Part shown: positions 26,181 through 39,054 of the stretch, piece after piece
Layout of the letters: every line of letters begins with the position of its first letter
How positions within the stretch are numbered: position 1 is the stretch's first letter
From: Vicugna vicugna
Taxonomy: Eukaryota
Direction of reading: 5' to 3'
Assembly: GCA_013265495.1 (NCBI GenBank)
Contig: MU058531.1
Location: forward strand, 488,678-552,677
Length of the DNA: 64,000 nt
The notes under the pieces: generated by a model
What the model was told of the DNA's origin: nothing
Seen by the model: the letters and a program-made list of their open reading frames with translations, nothing else
The model's database searches: none
Program-made: the position numbers and the translations under genes

Positions 26181-27494
26181 GCAAAGACCATTAAATGAAT
26201 GCACGCGAAGAGCATAAGCACAGAGCTGGGAGTGACTTACCCTGTCGGATTAAGTGGTCACTTTAAGCAGTCCTGATCCTAAACCCAAGCTCAGGAGTCT
26301 TAGCTCTTGACAGGATCGCATGTGTTAGAGGGTTTCTCCTTCCAGTGACGTAGTTCCACACCTTTTAATCTCAGAGTCAAAAGGTACGATCCTTTGGCCT
26401 CCAGAGTTTAATCTTTTTTCCCAGGGTAAACGCGATTCATTTTCACCTCAGCCTTAATGATACTGGCATTGCCTGTTTCTCTTACGATAAATCTCCCACA
26501 GCTGCACCATATGTGACCTGGTCTTCATGACCCAGATAAATACAATATTCAACTGACTAGTTCCTAGTGGGTTGTTCCATCTGAATGTAGGAAATTTCGT
26601 CCCCTTTCACTCTCTTTTTTTTCCCCTACTCCATCCTACTCTTTCCTTGAAAGAGGTCTTGGGTAAAAATACGAAAAAAAAAAAAAGTTTGAAGATCTGT
26701 TTGCATAATAATACTTGAAGTTATGTTATTAGAGGTGGTCACATCAAGGTGTTGGGGTCTCGAAGCTGTTACAAACCCTGGAGTGGTAGAAGGGATGGCA
26801 TTCTTTGCCTCTGTAAGGCAGTCATATTAATTTGCATGATTTTTGTCCCCTTTTGAAACACAGAGTTTCTCTGCTTCCTTGTTTCTCTAATTGCAATACT
26901 CCTGGATTTGCTTTTCCTTAGCCTCAAGTTTGGGGTATAGCTTTTGGCTCAAGTGCAAAGCTTCCCTGCTCCTTTGGAGTTCCCCAGGGGTCAGAAAACC
27001 TGCTTGCTCTCGCGCGCTCTCTTACCCTCTAAAACACACGCTCAACAACACAGTTTCCCAGGGAGATTTCTCTGATGGCCAAACTCTCTCAAAGAACTTT
27101 AACCTCTGACTGCTTGCCCTAGGTTCTCTCCACCCCTGAGATCTGGCTTTTGCCTAATGTAGAGTTAAAAAGTTCTGTTCTTGCCTTTAACTTTACAGCA
27201 GGTGTGTCCTAAAGGCTATTCCAGGATGTCCATTTTTGTTGCTGTTTTGGGTTGGAGATGGTGCAGAATGGGGCTTGGGAAGAATAAGACAACAGCAACA
27301 CACACTCACGTGCCATCTTCTCAAAATACCTGCTCACAGAAACGTGCCCTCTCCAGCGGAAGGGATAACCCTTGCTGGGAGAATACATTTTTGTATATTC
27401 CTAGGCTTACTTCTGGCTTCTACAATATTCTTTACTTGCAGCTACGTCATGTCTTCCTGCCCAGATTCTCTCCCTTTGGTGATAATATAAAAAT

Positions 27495-27700
27495 AATAAT
27501 TTTAAGTGACATTTTTGAGCACTCACATACGCCAGATTCTGTGTTAAGCACTTTATGCATATTATTTCATCTACATCTCTTTACAGGCCCAGGAGTAGGT
27601 GGTGGTGTTTCAGTTTTACAGATTCCAATCCCAGGATTACCAAGGAATGAGAAGAAGAGTCTGATTTTGAATCTACGTCTTTCTTACTCAGTTCATATGC
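27495..27700 (-). mobile_element. MIR SINE
   Basis: acatttttgagcactcacatacgccagattctgtgttaagcactttatgcatattatttcat...cagttttacagat is the reverse MIR. Confidence 0.7.
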
Positions 27701-29114
27701 TCTGATGTTTATAGTTTTATGATTATCCTTCCTCTGTTCAGCTGTGGCTTGTAACTCTTAATCTTTTCTAACTGAATAATAGTATTGAATGATATTTAAG
27801 TGATCTGTATGTGCTCAACTTCACCTTTAAGAGAAAAAATAGAAAAAACAAACAAAAAGAAAAATAAACCAACAAATTTACCCAATATTGAACAGCAGTT
27901 TCATACTGTTGTTTTATCTGCCAGTCGTTCTTTTGAGGCTGTGACTGTTATATAGAGGAATGAATTCATTACCCCTTCTGCTTGTCTCAGTTTCCTGGCT
28001 AAGCATGTCTCTATGCTGAATGTAGTTCAAACAGACCCTAACCGAAGTCACTGACTTCATCCAAGGCTCATCAAAGGAAACCCCAACAAGAAAAAACACA
28101 GGGAAGAAAACTGCTGTTAAAGAGTGGTTTCCAGTATGGTACCCTCCGTAGGGATTTTTTAAGGATAATTTTGACCAGGCTTATTCGCTGATATCAGTTT
28201 CATCATGCAAGCCATGACCCTTTTACCATCACATATGCAATATCAGAGAAGGGACCTTAAAAGCCATTTGGAACAACAAAAACCTCAAAGTATTAAGTTA
28301 TGAAAACTGGCAGGAAGAAGTTAAACAGTATATCCAACAAGACTAGAATGAGTTACACCAGCCCCATCCTGTGGGTGGTGGGCAGTGATCAGGACTAGGA
28401 CTTAATGCCTGACTTACAGACCCAGCTCTGACATTCCCATCTGTGTGTTCATGGGAAAGAGATTTCATGTTGTCCATTCACAGATACTGAATAAAATAAA
28501 AACCTCCTCTTTTCTTTTTGTTGCTCATAAGTTAACTAATACATGTAAACCTGACTTCTAAGATACTAATATTATATAAATATAAGGAATTATGTATAAA
28601 ATATAAGGAATTATAATTGTTAGTATTTCATCTATACAAGGCTGCCTCTTTTTACCTTTGCTGTCTCTTCTGTCTAAATTCTTAAACATCCAACTATCTG
28701 ATGCTTCTCTATCTGTAGTAAAGCCAATAGTTTTGTAGCTTTGACTTTTCTTGCAGATGTTTTCCTGAACTGCACCATGCTCATAGGGCATATGCTTGGG
28801 TTAAGAGTCCAAAAAGGTTTAGACTGTGCAGGCAGGGGATATGTGAGCTTTTCTGTTACAAGGGAGAAAGAATTCTCTATTTGGATTCCTCACAGCTTTC
28901 TTCTTCATTTTCCCAATAATCTAACAACTTCTATATCATAACAATGGTGTATAAATAGGCTTGTGAGGAAGGGCTAAAAAAGAGCTTGATTGTCTGTTTA
29001 TGGGTACATAAGTGTAAACAGTGTCCCACGTGGGAGAGGCAGTTGCTTATCTCCCCACTCGGAGGTTTTTGTGCCCGCTAAATGTGATGGTAGTGAAACC
29101 GAGATGTGATGAGT

Positions 29115-29290
29115 GAGACTAGCAGTGTCACACAGGGGTTAAAATTACAAGCTTTAGCTAAAAACATCCTGGGTGGAATAAAAGCTCTGAGAATTACCAG
29201 CTTTGTGACTTTGAGCAGATTATTTAATCTTTCTGAGTCAGGTTTTCCTCATGTTAAAAATGGATACAGGGATGTGTCCGTGCAGGTTCA
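29115..29290 (+). mobile_element. MIR SINE (resumes at about 29465-29505)
   Basis: ttaccagctttgtgactttgagcagattatttaatctttctgagtcaggttttcctcatgttaaaaatgg. Confidence 0.75.
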
Positions 29291-29294
29291 TGAG

Positions 29295-29440
29295 TTGTAA
29301 CAAATGAACCACTGTGGTGGGAAAGGTGATAATGGGGGTGTCTGTGCATGTGAGGGGCAAGGGGCTTATGGGAAATCTTTTTCTCTCAGTTTTGCTGTGA
29401 ACCTCAAACTGTGTAAAAATGTCTTCAAATAATAATAAAA
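29295..29440 (+). mobile_element. Old L1 (L1MB/L1MC-like) 3' terminal fragment
   Basis: tgtaacaaatgaaccactgtggtggg...gataatggggg...atgggaaatc...ctcagttttgctgtgaacctcaaactg. Confidence 0.7.
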
Positions 29441-29509
29441 ATGTGGATATACTGTTTTTACTAATCTTACTAGGGTTGCTGTGAGAATGATGTAATTATG
29501 GATATATGT

Positions 29510-29995
29510 GACGAGATCATGATGTTTTTCAAACACAGCTGCAAATTCTCTGACACACCTTCCATCCAGACCTGGAGTGTATACCCTTTCTCCTCAAACT
29601 TGAACAAGACTTTGTGACCACCTGGACAAACAGAATGCAGCAAAGGAACACAGCAGGGCTTTCTGCTCTTGGATTCTGAGAACTCCACCTGCCAGGTAAG
29701 AAGTCTCACTAATGCAAGTTCACCATTTGGAGAGATCCCAAAGAGAGAAATAGAGACAGAGACAGAGAGGTGTCTGAACTCCAGTTGGTCCAATGCCCAA
29801 CTTCCAAGTCTTCCAGCCCAGGTACCATATGAGTGAAGAAGTTTTCAAGATGATTTCAACCAGAACCATCGTCTGCCTGCAACTGTCTGAGAGACCCCAA
29901 GCATGAGCCACCTAACTGAGCCCAGTCAACCCTCAGAAGTGTGAGAAATAATAATAATAAATAACTGGTGTTTAAGGCATCATTTTTGTTATACT
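29510..29995 (+). mobile_element. MaLR LTR (MLT1G/H-like)
   Basis: caaattctctgacacaccttccat...gtcttccagcccaggtacca...ctgcaactgtctgagagaccccaagc...gagcccagtcaaccctcagaagtgtgag. Confidence 0.75.
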
Positions 29996-30129
29996 AGGAC
30001 AGAGCTTAACACAGAAGGTATTGTTCTCTGTACACTTAACTCATTTAATGCCCCCAGCTCTATTATTCGTCCCATCTTACATGCTGGACCATTGATGTAT
30101 AGAGAAGTTAAATGCATCAAGTAGGGTGT

Positions 30130-30605
30130 TTCTGTGTAACCAGTACTCCCCAAGTCTAGTCGTGTGAAATACCAATTCTGATCTGGGTTTGGCTAAACTG
30201 ATCTTAGTTGGCCCCATTCCTGCATCTGTAATTAGCTGTCGGCTCACTGGGGGCTGGCAGTCTATGATGGCCTCACATACACTGTGACCACTGACTAGCT
30301 GTACCTGGGGATACTGGGGTGATGGAGCCACATGATCTCTCATCACCCAGCAGGCTGGCCTAGGCTTGTGCAAATGGTGGTGGCAGCTGTCCAGGAGAAT
30401 AAGCGAAGCATTCAAGGGCTCCTGAGCCTAACTTTGGGACTAGTACAATGTCATTTCTACTGTATTTTGTTCATTGGAGCAGATCACAAGGCCAGTCCAG
30501 AGCCACGGGATGAGGAAAGTAAGAATCTGCCCCTTGATGGCAAATCATGTTGCAGAGGGTGAGGATACAAGGAGGGAGATTCTTGGGGCCATTTTGCAAT
30601 AACAG
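30130..30605 (-). mobile_element. MaLR LTR (MLT1H-like) nested in a MIR
   Basis: ctctcatcacccagcaggctggcctaggcttgtgcaaatgg...tgtcatttctactgtattttgttcattgg...tcacaaggccagtccaga...ggccattttgcaat. MIR pieces flank it at about 30000-30125 and 30630-30720. Confidence 0.75.
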
Positions 30606-30774
30606 GTCATAACATGTAACCTGCTCATTTTAAACAGGTTGTAAGTGACAGAGTCAGGATGTGAACCCAGGCAGCAGGGCTCCAAAAAGCATAATTTTTA
30701 CCACTACACCACACTGCCTCTGAGTATGTGGTAACTATTATTAGTTCTTGGTGAAAACCACTTTAAAAGAAAGG

Positions 30775-31010
30775 GGGTGGGGAGGGTTAAATTGGGAGCT
30801 CGAGATTCGTAGATACTAACCACTACATATAAAATCGATAAACAACAGGGTCCTACTGTATAGCACAGGGAACTACATTCAATACCTTATAATGGCCTAT
30901 CATGAAAAAGAATATGAGAAGGAATATATATGTATAAATGAATCATTTTGCTGTACATCAGAAGTTAACACAACATTGTAAATGAACTATACTTCAATAA
31001 TAAAAAGAAA
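30775..31010 (+). mobile_element. Short LINE-1 3'UTR insertion
   Basis: ggagggttaaattgggagctcgagattcgtagatact...gtcctactgtatagcacagggaactac...actatacttcaataataaaaag. Confidence 0.9.
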
Positions 31011-31172
31011 AGATAGATTGGCCCTTATATGAAATCAGGATCCCAAGGCTTTCAGAGTGTGTTAGAGCAGAGAGTTTGAATCTTTGCTTAACCACTTACC
31101 AGCTCTTTGTTTTGGGGTCCATTACTCAAACTCCTCGAATCTCAGTGTCCTCCTATGAAAAATGATAAGGGG

Positions 31173-31758
31173 CAGTCAGTGCTACTGTACCACGACATAT
31201 GCATTTCATAAAATCACTGTGCTATGCAAAATCACACAATAAAAACCACAAGCTTGGGGGAAAGATAAAGTTAGAGGCATAACACTACATCATCAGTGAC
31301 ACCATAAAACAAGAAGAGAATCCTTTAACAAAAAGGGCAGTCCAATTTTACATGGCAAGCAGTTAAGAAATACACAAATGCTACAATAAATATGGCCCTT
31401 TATCAGGTAAAAGACCTGGAATTTGCTGTGGAACTGGGTGTCAGAAGGGTGCAGCTTGTGAGTTATCTGAAATTGGAAGGACAGTTGTGCCACTGGATGT
31501 GGATAAGCCGACTCCTAACGTGGGGAACGGAGGCAGCTGGTATGTGTTTGCAGCACGTGCACGTATGCGCTCTGGGTATTCACAGCAGGTGGTTTAGATG
31601 GTTTCAGTGGACTGAAGGTTTTGTTTTCGCCTAGAGGTTCCCGCAGACCAAATTGTGTATAAGCAAACAAATTCGCATTGTGTTCAAATTGTTCCTTAAT
31701 ATATCAGTCATTTTGGAACAAGTTAGTGTTTTCAAAACCATTTAGGCAGAACTGACTA
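31173..31758. mobile_element. TcMar-Tigger non-autonomous element (Tigger9-like), inside a MIR
   Basis: Termini cagtcagtgctac... and ...gcagaactgact are imperfect inverted repeats. Internal aaaatcactgtgctatgcaaaatcacacaataaaaaccac resembles the Tigger9 consensus. MIR core lies at about 31050-31170. Confidence 0.65.
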
Positions 31759-33179
31759 TGGAGTTAACATACGTCTAGCCCTTACTACCACTCAATAAAT
31801 ATTTGCTCATTGCTATTAGAGATGAAGACTCATTGAATGTAAAAATAAAAAAAAAAGACATAACCTATTCAATGGCATTAAGGTGTGTGAAGAGATAATG
31901 TGTAGGTGTCCAGCAACGAATCTAGAAAAAGGAAGGCCAGTGAGCAGGAACTGTCAGTTTGTTTCCAGCACTCGACAGAGAATCCAGGTGTCCTGCCTTC
32001 CTGGCAGGTAAATCTCAATTTGGAGATAGATGTGGCAGGCCTAACGACACCGTTTCTTAAGGTCATCCAACTTCCTCCTCCTGCTCCAAGTCCACGCTCA
32101 CCCAGCAAACTTCAGATTATGATTTACCTCCTTGCGTCCTTAGCAGGCTGCGTTCTCCTGCTGACATAAATGCTCGGAATCACTTGGCAGTTACACTTCT
32201 TAGTGTAAATCGCTAAATTGGCACTCTGCTTTGTTCATCAGTCTCTTATAAATTCCCGGGGATTAATCAGCTCCAAGCACACTGACACATTCTGTTTTCT
32301 GGATCTGCAAAGCTGAGAAGCAGATGCTGGAATGCCAAGAAGTTACTGGGCCCTGCCAGCTGCCTCCCCAGATGACACATTTGCCCCTGGAACTGCATCG
32401 GATCTGGACCCACATACATTTGAGCACATAAAAGGTAGGCTCTGTCCAAGGTCCCATCTCTTGTGGAATTAGGACCAATTTCTTTGTTCCTTAGTAATTC
32501 CTTTCAATAGCTTTGATCTGAACTTCAGGCATAGCTTCTTCACTTTTCACACTCAGATTTTGGAGAACTGACTTTGAATGAATTTGCACCTGCAAATGCT
32601 TATTTTTCTCTTTCTTCAGGGGGTAAATTACCTTAGAAAGAAAAAGAGTATGACATTCCGCTGTCTACTCTATTCCTTCCCTATTCATTTTGAACCAAAC
32701 CTGAACTAACAAAAGCACCCATGATTAGTGTCATCAAAGACAGAACCTGGAGAGAAACTGACTCTTACTTTTGCCATTGCAATACCATCCGACGTCTGAC
32801 TCCATGACTGGGCCTGAAACGCACCACCGGGATGCCAGGTTTGCAATTGTTTCTGTTACCAATTGAGAGAATTTGCCAGCATTCCCAAAGGATGGGTACA
32901 TACTAGTATAAGCAAAAAAAAAAAAAAAAAAATTCTGCTAAAAGATGTTTGCAGCTATTTGTTGTAGTTTGAAAGCAAAAATAATTGGCCAATTAGGTAA
33001 ATTGGAACCATGGCCATTCTCTGAAATCTTTAAAAATTTGTCAGGTTCAATATGATCAATACCTGTTATCTCATAAGAACACAACATTTAAACTAATTCA
33101 ATTGTAGTTTGCATATTTCTAGAACAAAACACCTGTCTTCTATGGTTGCATGCATTTTCATTGTCTTTAAGTGTTCACT

Positions 33180-34150
33180 CGGTAACTCAACGATTTGTTC
33201 AACAAACATTTATTAAGTGCATTCGTTGAAATCCAGGCACCTTGTTATGTGTTAAGGATCTAATAACTGTTCGATCGTTGGCCTCTAAGCGCCTGATGTT
33301 GGCTTGAGGCAAAATACAAATAAGTGGACACTTATACAAATCATTCATTCACTTATTCAGCAAATTTGTATTAAGCACCTAAATGCCAGGGATTATTCTT
33401 AACATTGGGAATGCAGCAGTGAACCCAGGATACGAGGTCATTGCTTTGGTAAGTTTGCATTGTAGGAAACAGTCAATGAATAAGTAAACAAATAAACAAG
33501 ATCATTTCACACGGCCATGAGAGCTATGACTAAAGTAAAGCAGGGTGGACTGACACACAGAAGGATGCCCTGGGGGGAGCAGTACTGTAGCTGGGATCGT
33601 TAGGAACAGCTGCTCTGAGTAGGAGGCATCTGTGCTGAGATCTGAGTACCAGGAAGTGGCCAGCTGTGAGGATCTGGAAGAGGAGTTTTCCACACAGGAG
33701 AGCAACAATTTCAAAGGCCCCGAGAGAAGAACAAGCTTGTCGGAGACACCATAAACAAGCCAGCACAGCTGGGGTAGGACTATAGGGCCTGGGGTCCTGG
33801 ATGTAGGCAGGGACCTCAAGGCCACAGCAAAGCATCGGAATTTTATCCTCAATATGGCATGAGCTGCTGGGGGAGGGGTGCAGTTGTTGAACACTGAAAC
33901 AGCCTGACTCATGTTTTAAAGTAGTTATGCTGGCAGTTTGTGCAAGGCTGGAGGGAAATCGACAAGGTGGCTTCTGCTATAACCCACAGGGAGACGGGTG
34001 ACAGCAAGCACAATCTCAGCAGTGACTCAAGTTACGATGTGATCGGGGGCATAAGACTGTATATAAAAGGAGCCATGAGTGCGCAGATGCAAGTGGGTTT
34101 AATTCTGCTTTGAAAGGTTGGGAGTTCATCAGGAGGGGCTTGTAGATTGC
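33180..34150 (-). mobile_element. L2 LINE 3' region (two termini)
   Basis: ttcaacaaacatttattaagtgc and tcattcattcacttattcagcaaatttgtattaagcacc...tgagatctgag...caaaggccccgag...gaattttatcctc are reverse L2 motifs. Confidence 0.8.
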
Positions 34151-34167
34151 TGCGTGGGAGACTCCAG

Positions 34168-34374
34168 CAGGGACTGGCCAACTTCTGTGGAGGATCAGAG
34201 GGTAAACATTTTAGGGTTTGAGGAATATATAATTGCAACTATTCAATTTTGTTGTCAAAGCTCAGAAGCCTTAGACAGTGTGTAAATGAGTGGGTGTGGC
34301 TGTGTTCCAGTAAAACTTTATTGACAGTAACAGCCAATGGATTTGGCCCATGGGCTGTGGTTTGGCCACCCCTG
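34168..34374. mobile_element. MER58A hAT-Charlie MITE
   Basis: Termini cagggactggccaac / gtttggccacccctg. Internal gggtgtggctgtgttccagtaaaactttatt. Followed by the gtctagag target-like octamer. Confidence 0.85.
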
Positions 34375-34827
34375 GTCTAGAGGTTCTCCTTCCCAGCACT
34401 GCCAAGTTTCTTCTTTTCCTCCCTTTTGTCTTATGCCATTTCTCTTCATCCTCACTCTTCTGATATCGTTCCTACTGACTCTGAGAGCCCACATATTTTT
34501 TGCTACGTTATTTATTTACATAACTTACAGCAGCATCAACCATGAGGTACCCCCCCAAACATTTTTGCTCAAAGGATTAGTCTGATGGCCTGTGACAGAT
34601 ATGGTCTGAAATCTGCCTAAGACTCACATCAACTTCTTGATAAATAGCCTAGTGTAGTCTTCATTTCTTAATCTCTCTCGAGTTCATTTTCTAGGACTGA
34701 AATTGATTGACTACAATGATGCTGGAGTTACATTTTACTAGTCACTGTCTTCAGCTCCTATATGCAGTCAAATAGAAAGTCCTACTGACTCTTGCTCAAA
34801 AACTTTCCTGTTCAGCTATTACCATCT

Positions 34828-35292
34828 ATGTAAGTCACGATCCAACCGGAAAACAAAATACTGTAAGTATTTAGGATTTAACGGAATGGGTATCACCAGT
34901 GATGAAGCTAAAAAGCCATCTAGGGAGCAGGAAGATGATTCCGAGATGAGCAAGAAGCTGCTAGAACCCTAATCGGCAGGGGGTGGGGGATGGGGAGAAA
35001 GGAAGGAGCTGGGGTTACTGTGGCCCAAGAACTAGAGCCACCAGGGAGAACGTGGAATTCCTGCTGCTTGGCAGGAGCTGGGGCCACAGAAGAGGCACAG
35101 CTGTTGCTGAGACAGTGCAGGAGAGGGAAAACCACTTGGGGTCTTTCTTTCTCCGACTCCACCATCACCTGCCTGTCCTTCCACTGGCCAAACTTAGCCA
35201 GAAGCCAGCTGACACAGGAAACTGTGAAACAAAGTGAGACAGAGCAGATCCGAGAAAGGGCAAGGGGCAGATCTGAGGGAAACAGATGAAAG
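34828..35292 (-). mobile_element. ERVL-type solo LTR (LTR40/41-like)
   Basis: tgcctgtccttccactggccaaacttagccagaagccagctgacacagga...aggggcagatctgagggaaac resemble reverse ERVL LTR motifs. Confidence 0.55.
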
Positions 35293-38200
35293 TGAGGAAG
35301 GGACTTGACGTCTTTTCTTAGAAGGAGAGCTCAAGGGGAAACACGTGCACACACGTGCACACACACACAGCTAAAGGCAGCCATCAGGTGGGCAGAGAGA
35401 ACGGCAGGCCTGGAATCAGAGGTTGTTCCGGCTACAGATAAAAGGTGAAATGTGCGTATCACGTGCAGTTTGAACAACAAAAATATGCAGTTGTTGGTCT
35501 TACAAATATTTAAAAATATACTCAGAGGACATTACCAGAGAAGTCTCCTGTGGCCCCTCTGAGGGGCTCACGACCAAGATGCATGGTTTGTCGGAAGCCC
35601 CGTGGTCAGCTTCCCCAGGCCCACACTGCCCGTCTGTGATGGGAGCTGTGAGAAGGAAGAGTTTGGAATTTGTCCAACCAGGCACTAGGGACAGACTGCC
35701 TCAGAGCCAGAAGTGATCTAGAACTTGTCACTCACAGCTAACCACATGGCCTCACCTGAGCTCACCCAGGATGGCCTGGAAGAGCCCCCTTTGGTGACGG
35801 AGCGTCTCCACAAACCAGCTCCAGCTCTCATACTTCATCATTGTGTGTAAACATATTCCCGACACATCCCGGGTAAGTCACAGGGTGATGTAACGTGTGC
35901 TCCGCAGGCGTTTTCATTCTGTAACATCCCCCGACAGCCCTTCCTCAGCCCATACGGAAACCCCTTCTAGTTCTGCCAGAAACAAGTTCTTGCTGGTTTC
36001 CTGCACTGCCCACCATCCTTCAGCACTTCAGCTAGCCTTCTGACCCTCGCGGTCAGAGCAGAAAAGAACTAAGGCAGTAAGACCTCAGTGGCTCTGCTGA
36101 GGGAACTCCCTCCGAAAGAGGCAGCTCTAGAGAAATGAAGTCATATTTCTCCTCCCCAGACACAGAGTTTAGTGATCCGGAGGTCATCCGGGATTCCAGG
36201 TGACCCGGGGACCATGACAGAAGCAGTTGCAGTAGTTTGGTTTCCGTGCTGAGACATCACTGCCTCCTGCAGGCTGGCTGGTGATGGCTACTGCACTGGG
36301 TTTCACGAACAGTTTCCTAACAGTGAGAGAGGACTCCAGACCACATTATCTCCAGTGACAGTGAGTCCTTGGGTCACGTGGGCCTGCACACGCTGAGCGA
36401 GCAGGATTACTGAGGGGCTTTGGGTTTCCTTCTCCACATGGGTCATGCGGCTCCTGAAGTCCCTTCTAATCCTCATGTTCGAAGGGATTTTCCTGTATAA
36501 CAGGAAAGAATTTCTATATAACGTTCTTATTGGGCAGCCTCAGAAATTCTCTTACCTGTCCCTTGGGCTTCACTGTGTTGTTACAAGGCTGCGCATCTTT
36601 ATCACTTCAGTCGTAAGTTCTTATTTTCAGTCAGGAATGCGGGGGAACGCGAGGACAGCGGCAACAGAGAGGAGTCCCGAGAGGCAGCTTGGGAAAAGCA
36701 AGTCTTCTGTGGGCTGCCAGGCCGCACAGGAATTTAGTTCACGGTTGCCTCTAGGATGCTGGGTCGTGGCCTAAAATCTGTGCGGTAGGATGTGAGGAAC
36801 TTCAAGCGCAAAGTTCTGCTCTCCAGCCTTCCCACTGGCCCGTGTGGCCACCACGGAGTTATACAACTGACAAGAGATTTTTATAGGTTTTCTCAGCAGG
36901 CTGGCGCATTGATCACTTGGGGGCTTATTGAGGAAAACTGTCAAGCAGTCAACTGATGCTTCCACACTGGCAGGCTGGCCCCATGACTGACCTGGGTTAA
37001 ATAACGTGACAGCACTGAGTGCCAATGGTTCAGGATCTGAAGGGTCACTTTAGACAGGGGAGAAACTCAGTTACCCTTCCATTGGGTTGATTCGGTTGTA
37101 ATACGTAAAGAGAAGCCGCTTTCTCCTTAGAAAAGGTCCATGATAATATTCGAGTCATAGTCTAGTAGAGCCTTAGAGCAGGAAGGTTAATGATCATCTC
37201 ATAGACTAAAATGAAGTTCTTCAGTAAGATGAAAGAACTGGGGCAATTTTATGGATGTGATAACCCAAAACTCTTCCGCTTGGCTCTGTTGGTATGGCCA
37301 TGGCTGGGACAGACATCCTACCTGGTGCCAGGGGAAAGTGATGTGTTGCAAAAACAAACACACCAACCCAACCAACAACCAATTCAAGATTATTGCGCTA
37401 TTTGTGAGATTCGTTTTATTTTACCTTGTAAGTTAATGGGTCAAGACAGAAGTCCATTGCTAGAGCCGTCATTTTGTTTTGTTTATTTAAATTGCTTCAT
37501 TTTGCTGGAGAACGTCAGCCTCTTTTATTTTGTGTGTGTGCAAAAGCTTTTGTTTATAATACTATATTTTCTACTGGATATTTTATGGTGGAGGTAACCC
37601 TTGGCAACTTTTATTTTATCCTTGTAAAAATATTGCTTTATGCCTCTTGTGTAAATATTAAAATCTCAAGCTGTTCCTGCATGAAATTCATTCTTCCTTT
37701 GCAAAGAAATTGGAGAAGCCAGCGGATTGCAGTTAACACATTAAATATAAAAGTTATTACTGCCTCTGTATATATAATAAACCCACTTTTGCCCTTTGTT
37801 TTTACCTAAAAATATTTTTATCCCATTATTTAGAATCAGTGCAGAGACTCAAAACTATGTTCTGGTTCATCTAGTCTCAGTAACAAAATAAATTAGAGAA
37901 TTGAAAAAAGAAGCAGAAAATATAGGACACAATACTACCTTCCCAAATAGTTGCAGACCTGAGGTATGTGTGAGGTGTGGGCCTTTATTTTTCAGATATT
38001 ACTCTAGTTTTTTATTTCACATGGACTGTTTTAAGTTAGTCATTATAAATCCTTTGAATAAATTGCTATAAAATATTTCTGGCTTTCAACTTTAAAAATA
38101 TGCCATGAATATTCATATGACTATGGAAGTCACCTCTATCTATCTACAGAGCTGGAACATGGTATTGTTAACTTGTTTTTTGGTTTAAGAAGATAGAGTA

Positions 38201-39054
38201 GTCTGTATTATGTCTGAAATCTTTATGCAAGAAATGCATTCCAAGCATATGCTGTGTGATAGTATTCTGCTAGATGTAAGTTATACAAGTATCATGGGGT
38301 CAACATTTTTTTTATACAATGTACTTAGAGGTCTGAAAAAAGAGGTGATACACATGTTAATCTGAAAGATTTCCTTCCAAAGGGGCTGGGAGTTGTTGGA
38401 AGAACAATCCTGACAATTCAGTGTATCTCAGTCTCTGCTGGGATTAAATAGTTCCCTCTCGTTTAGTTCAGTCTCTTTGTGGTTCAAGGTTCATCTCCCT
38501 ACCAGGCTGTGTTTGCCTTTCAAGTGTTCATCCAATATCCTCTCCAAGATAGAATCTGTAAGAATGACGAATCAGGCATGTCCTCTGGAGAACAGAGGCA
38601 GCTGCTGGGTGTTTATGTCCCTGTGTTGTCTTGTAGTTCTTCCTGACCTCTGGTTGAGATGTCCTTGTCCACCGAGTGACCAGGTCTTATCTGAGGTACA
38701 TGGCTAGTGAAACTCAGGTCCTAGTCCCTCGACACAGGCAACATTCCCTGGGAGCTCCGCTATCTCCCTGCTGACCAGCCGAGGTTGAGCCCAGGAGACT
38801 CAAAGCCCTCACTCAGCACACTTACTGGACCAGAACCGTCGGCTACCTGCTTGTCTCCTGTGAGACCGCAGGAGCGTCTGGTGCCGTCTCTGCAGTCCTT
38901 TCTCTACTCAGAGACCCCCAGCCCTCCGCCACCACCATCTGACTCTGCGTGGCTGCATCTGCTGAGACTGCCTTCTCTCGGGAGGAGGGGCACGGATTCC
39001 TGCTGGCTCAGCTTCTCCCTCCGACATCTGGACTTGTTACATCACCCCCCCCCC

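Noticed and set aside
26699..26838. Oct/Sox-like gtttgcataataat and ATTTGCAT pair
   Set aside because: The composite match is imperfect, and several octamers are expected by chance in 64 kb of AT-rich DNA.
27181..27705. Longest ORF in the track (174 aa)
   Set aside because: Non-ATG start, runs through a MIR, and has no recognisable domain.
28578..28614. 16-bp direct repeat aaatataaggaattat
   Set aside because: Ordinary small slippage duplication in AT-rich DNA.
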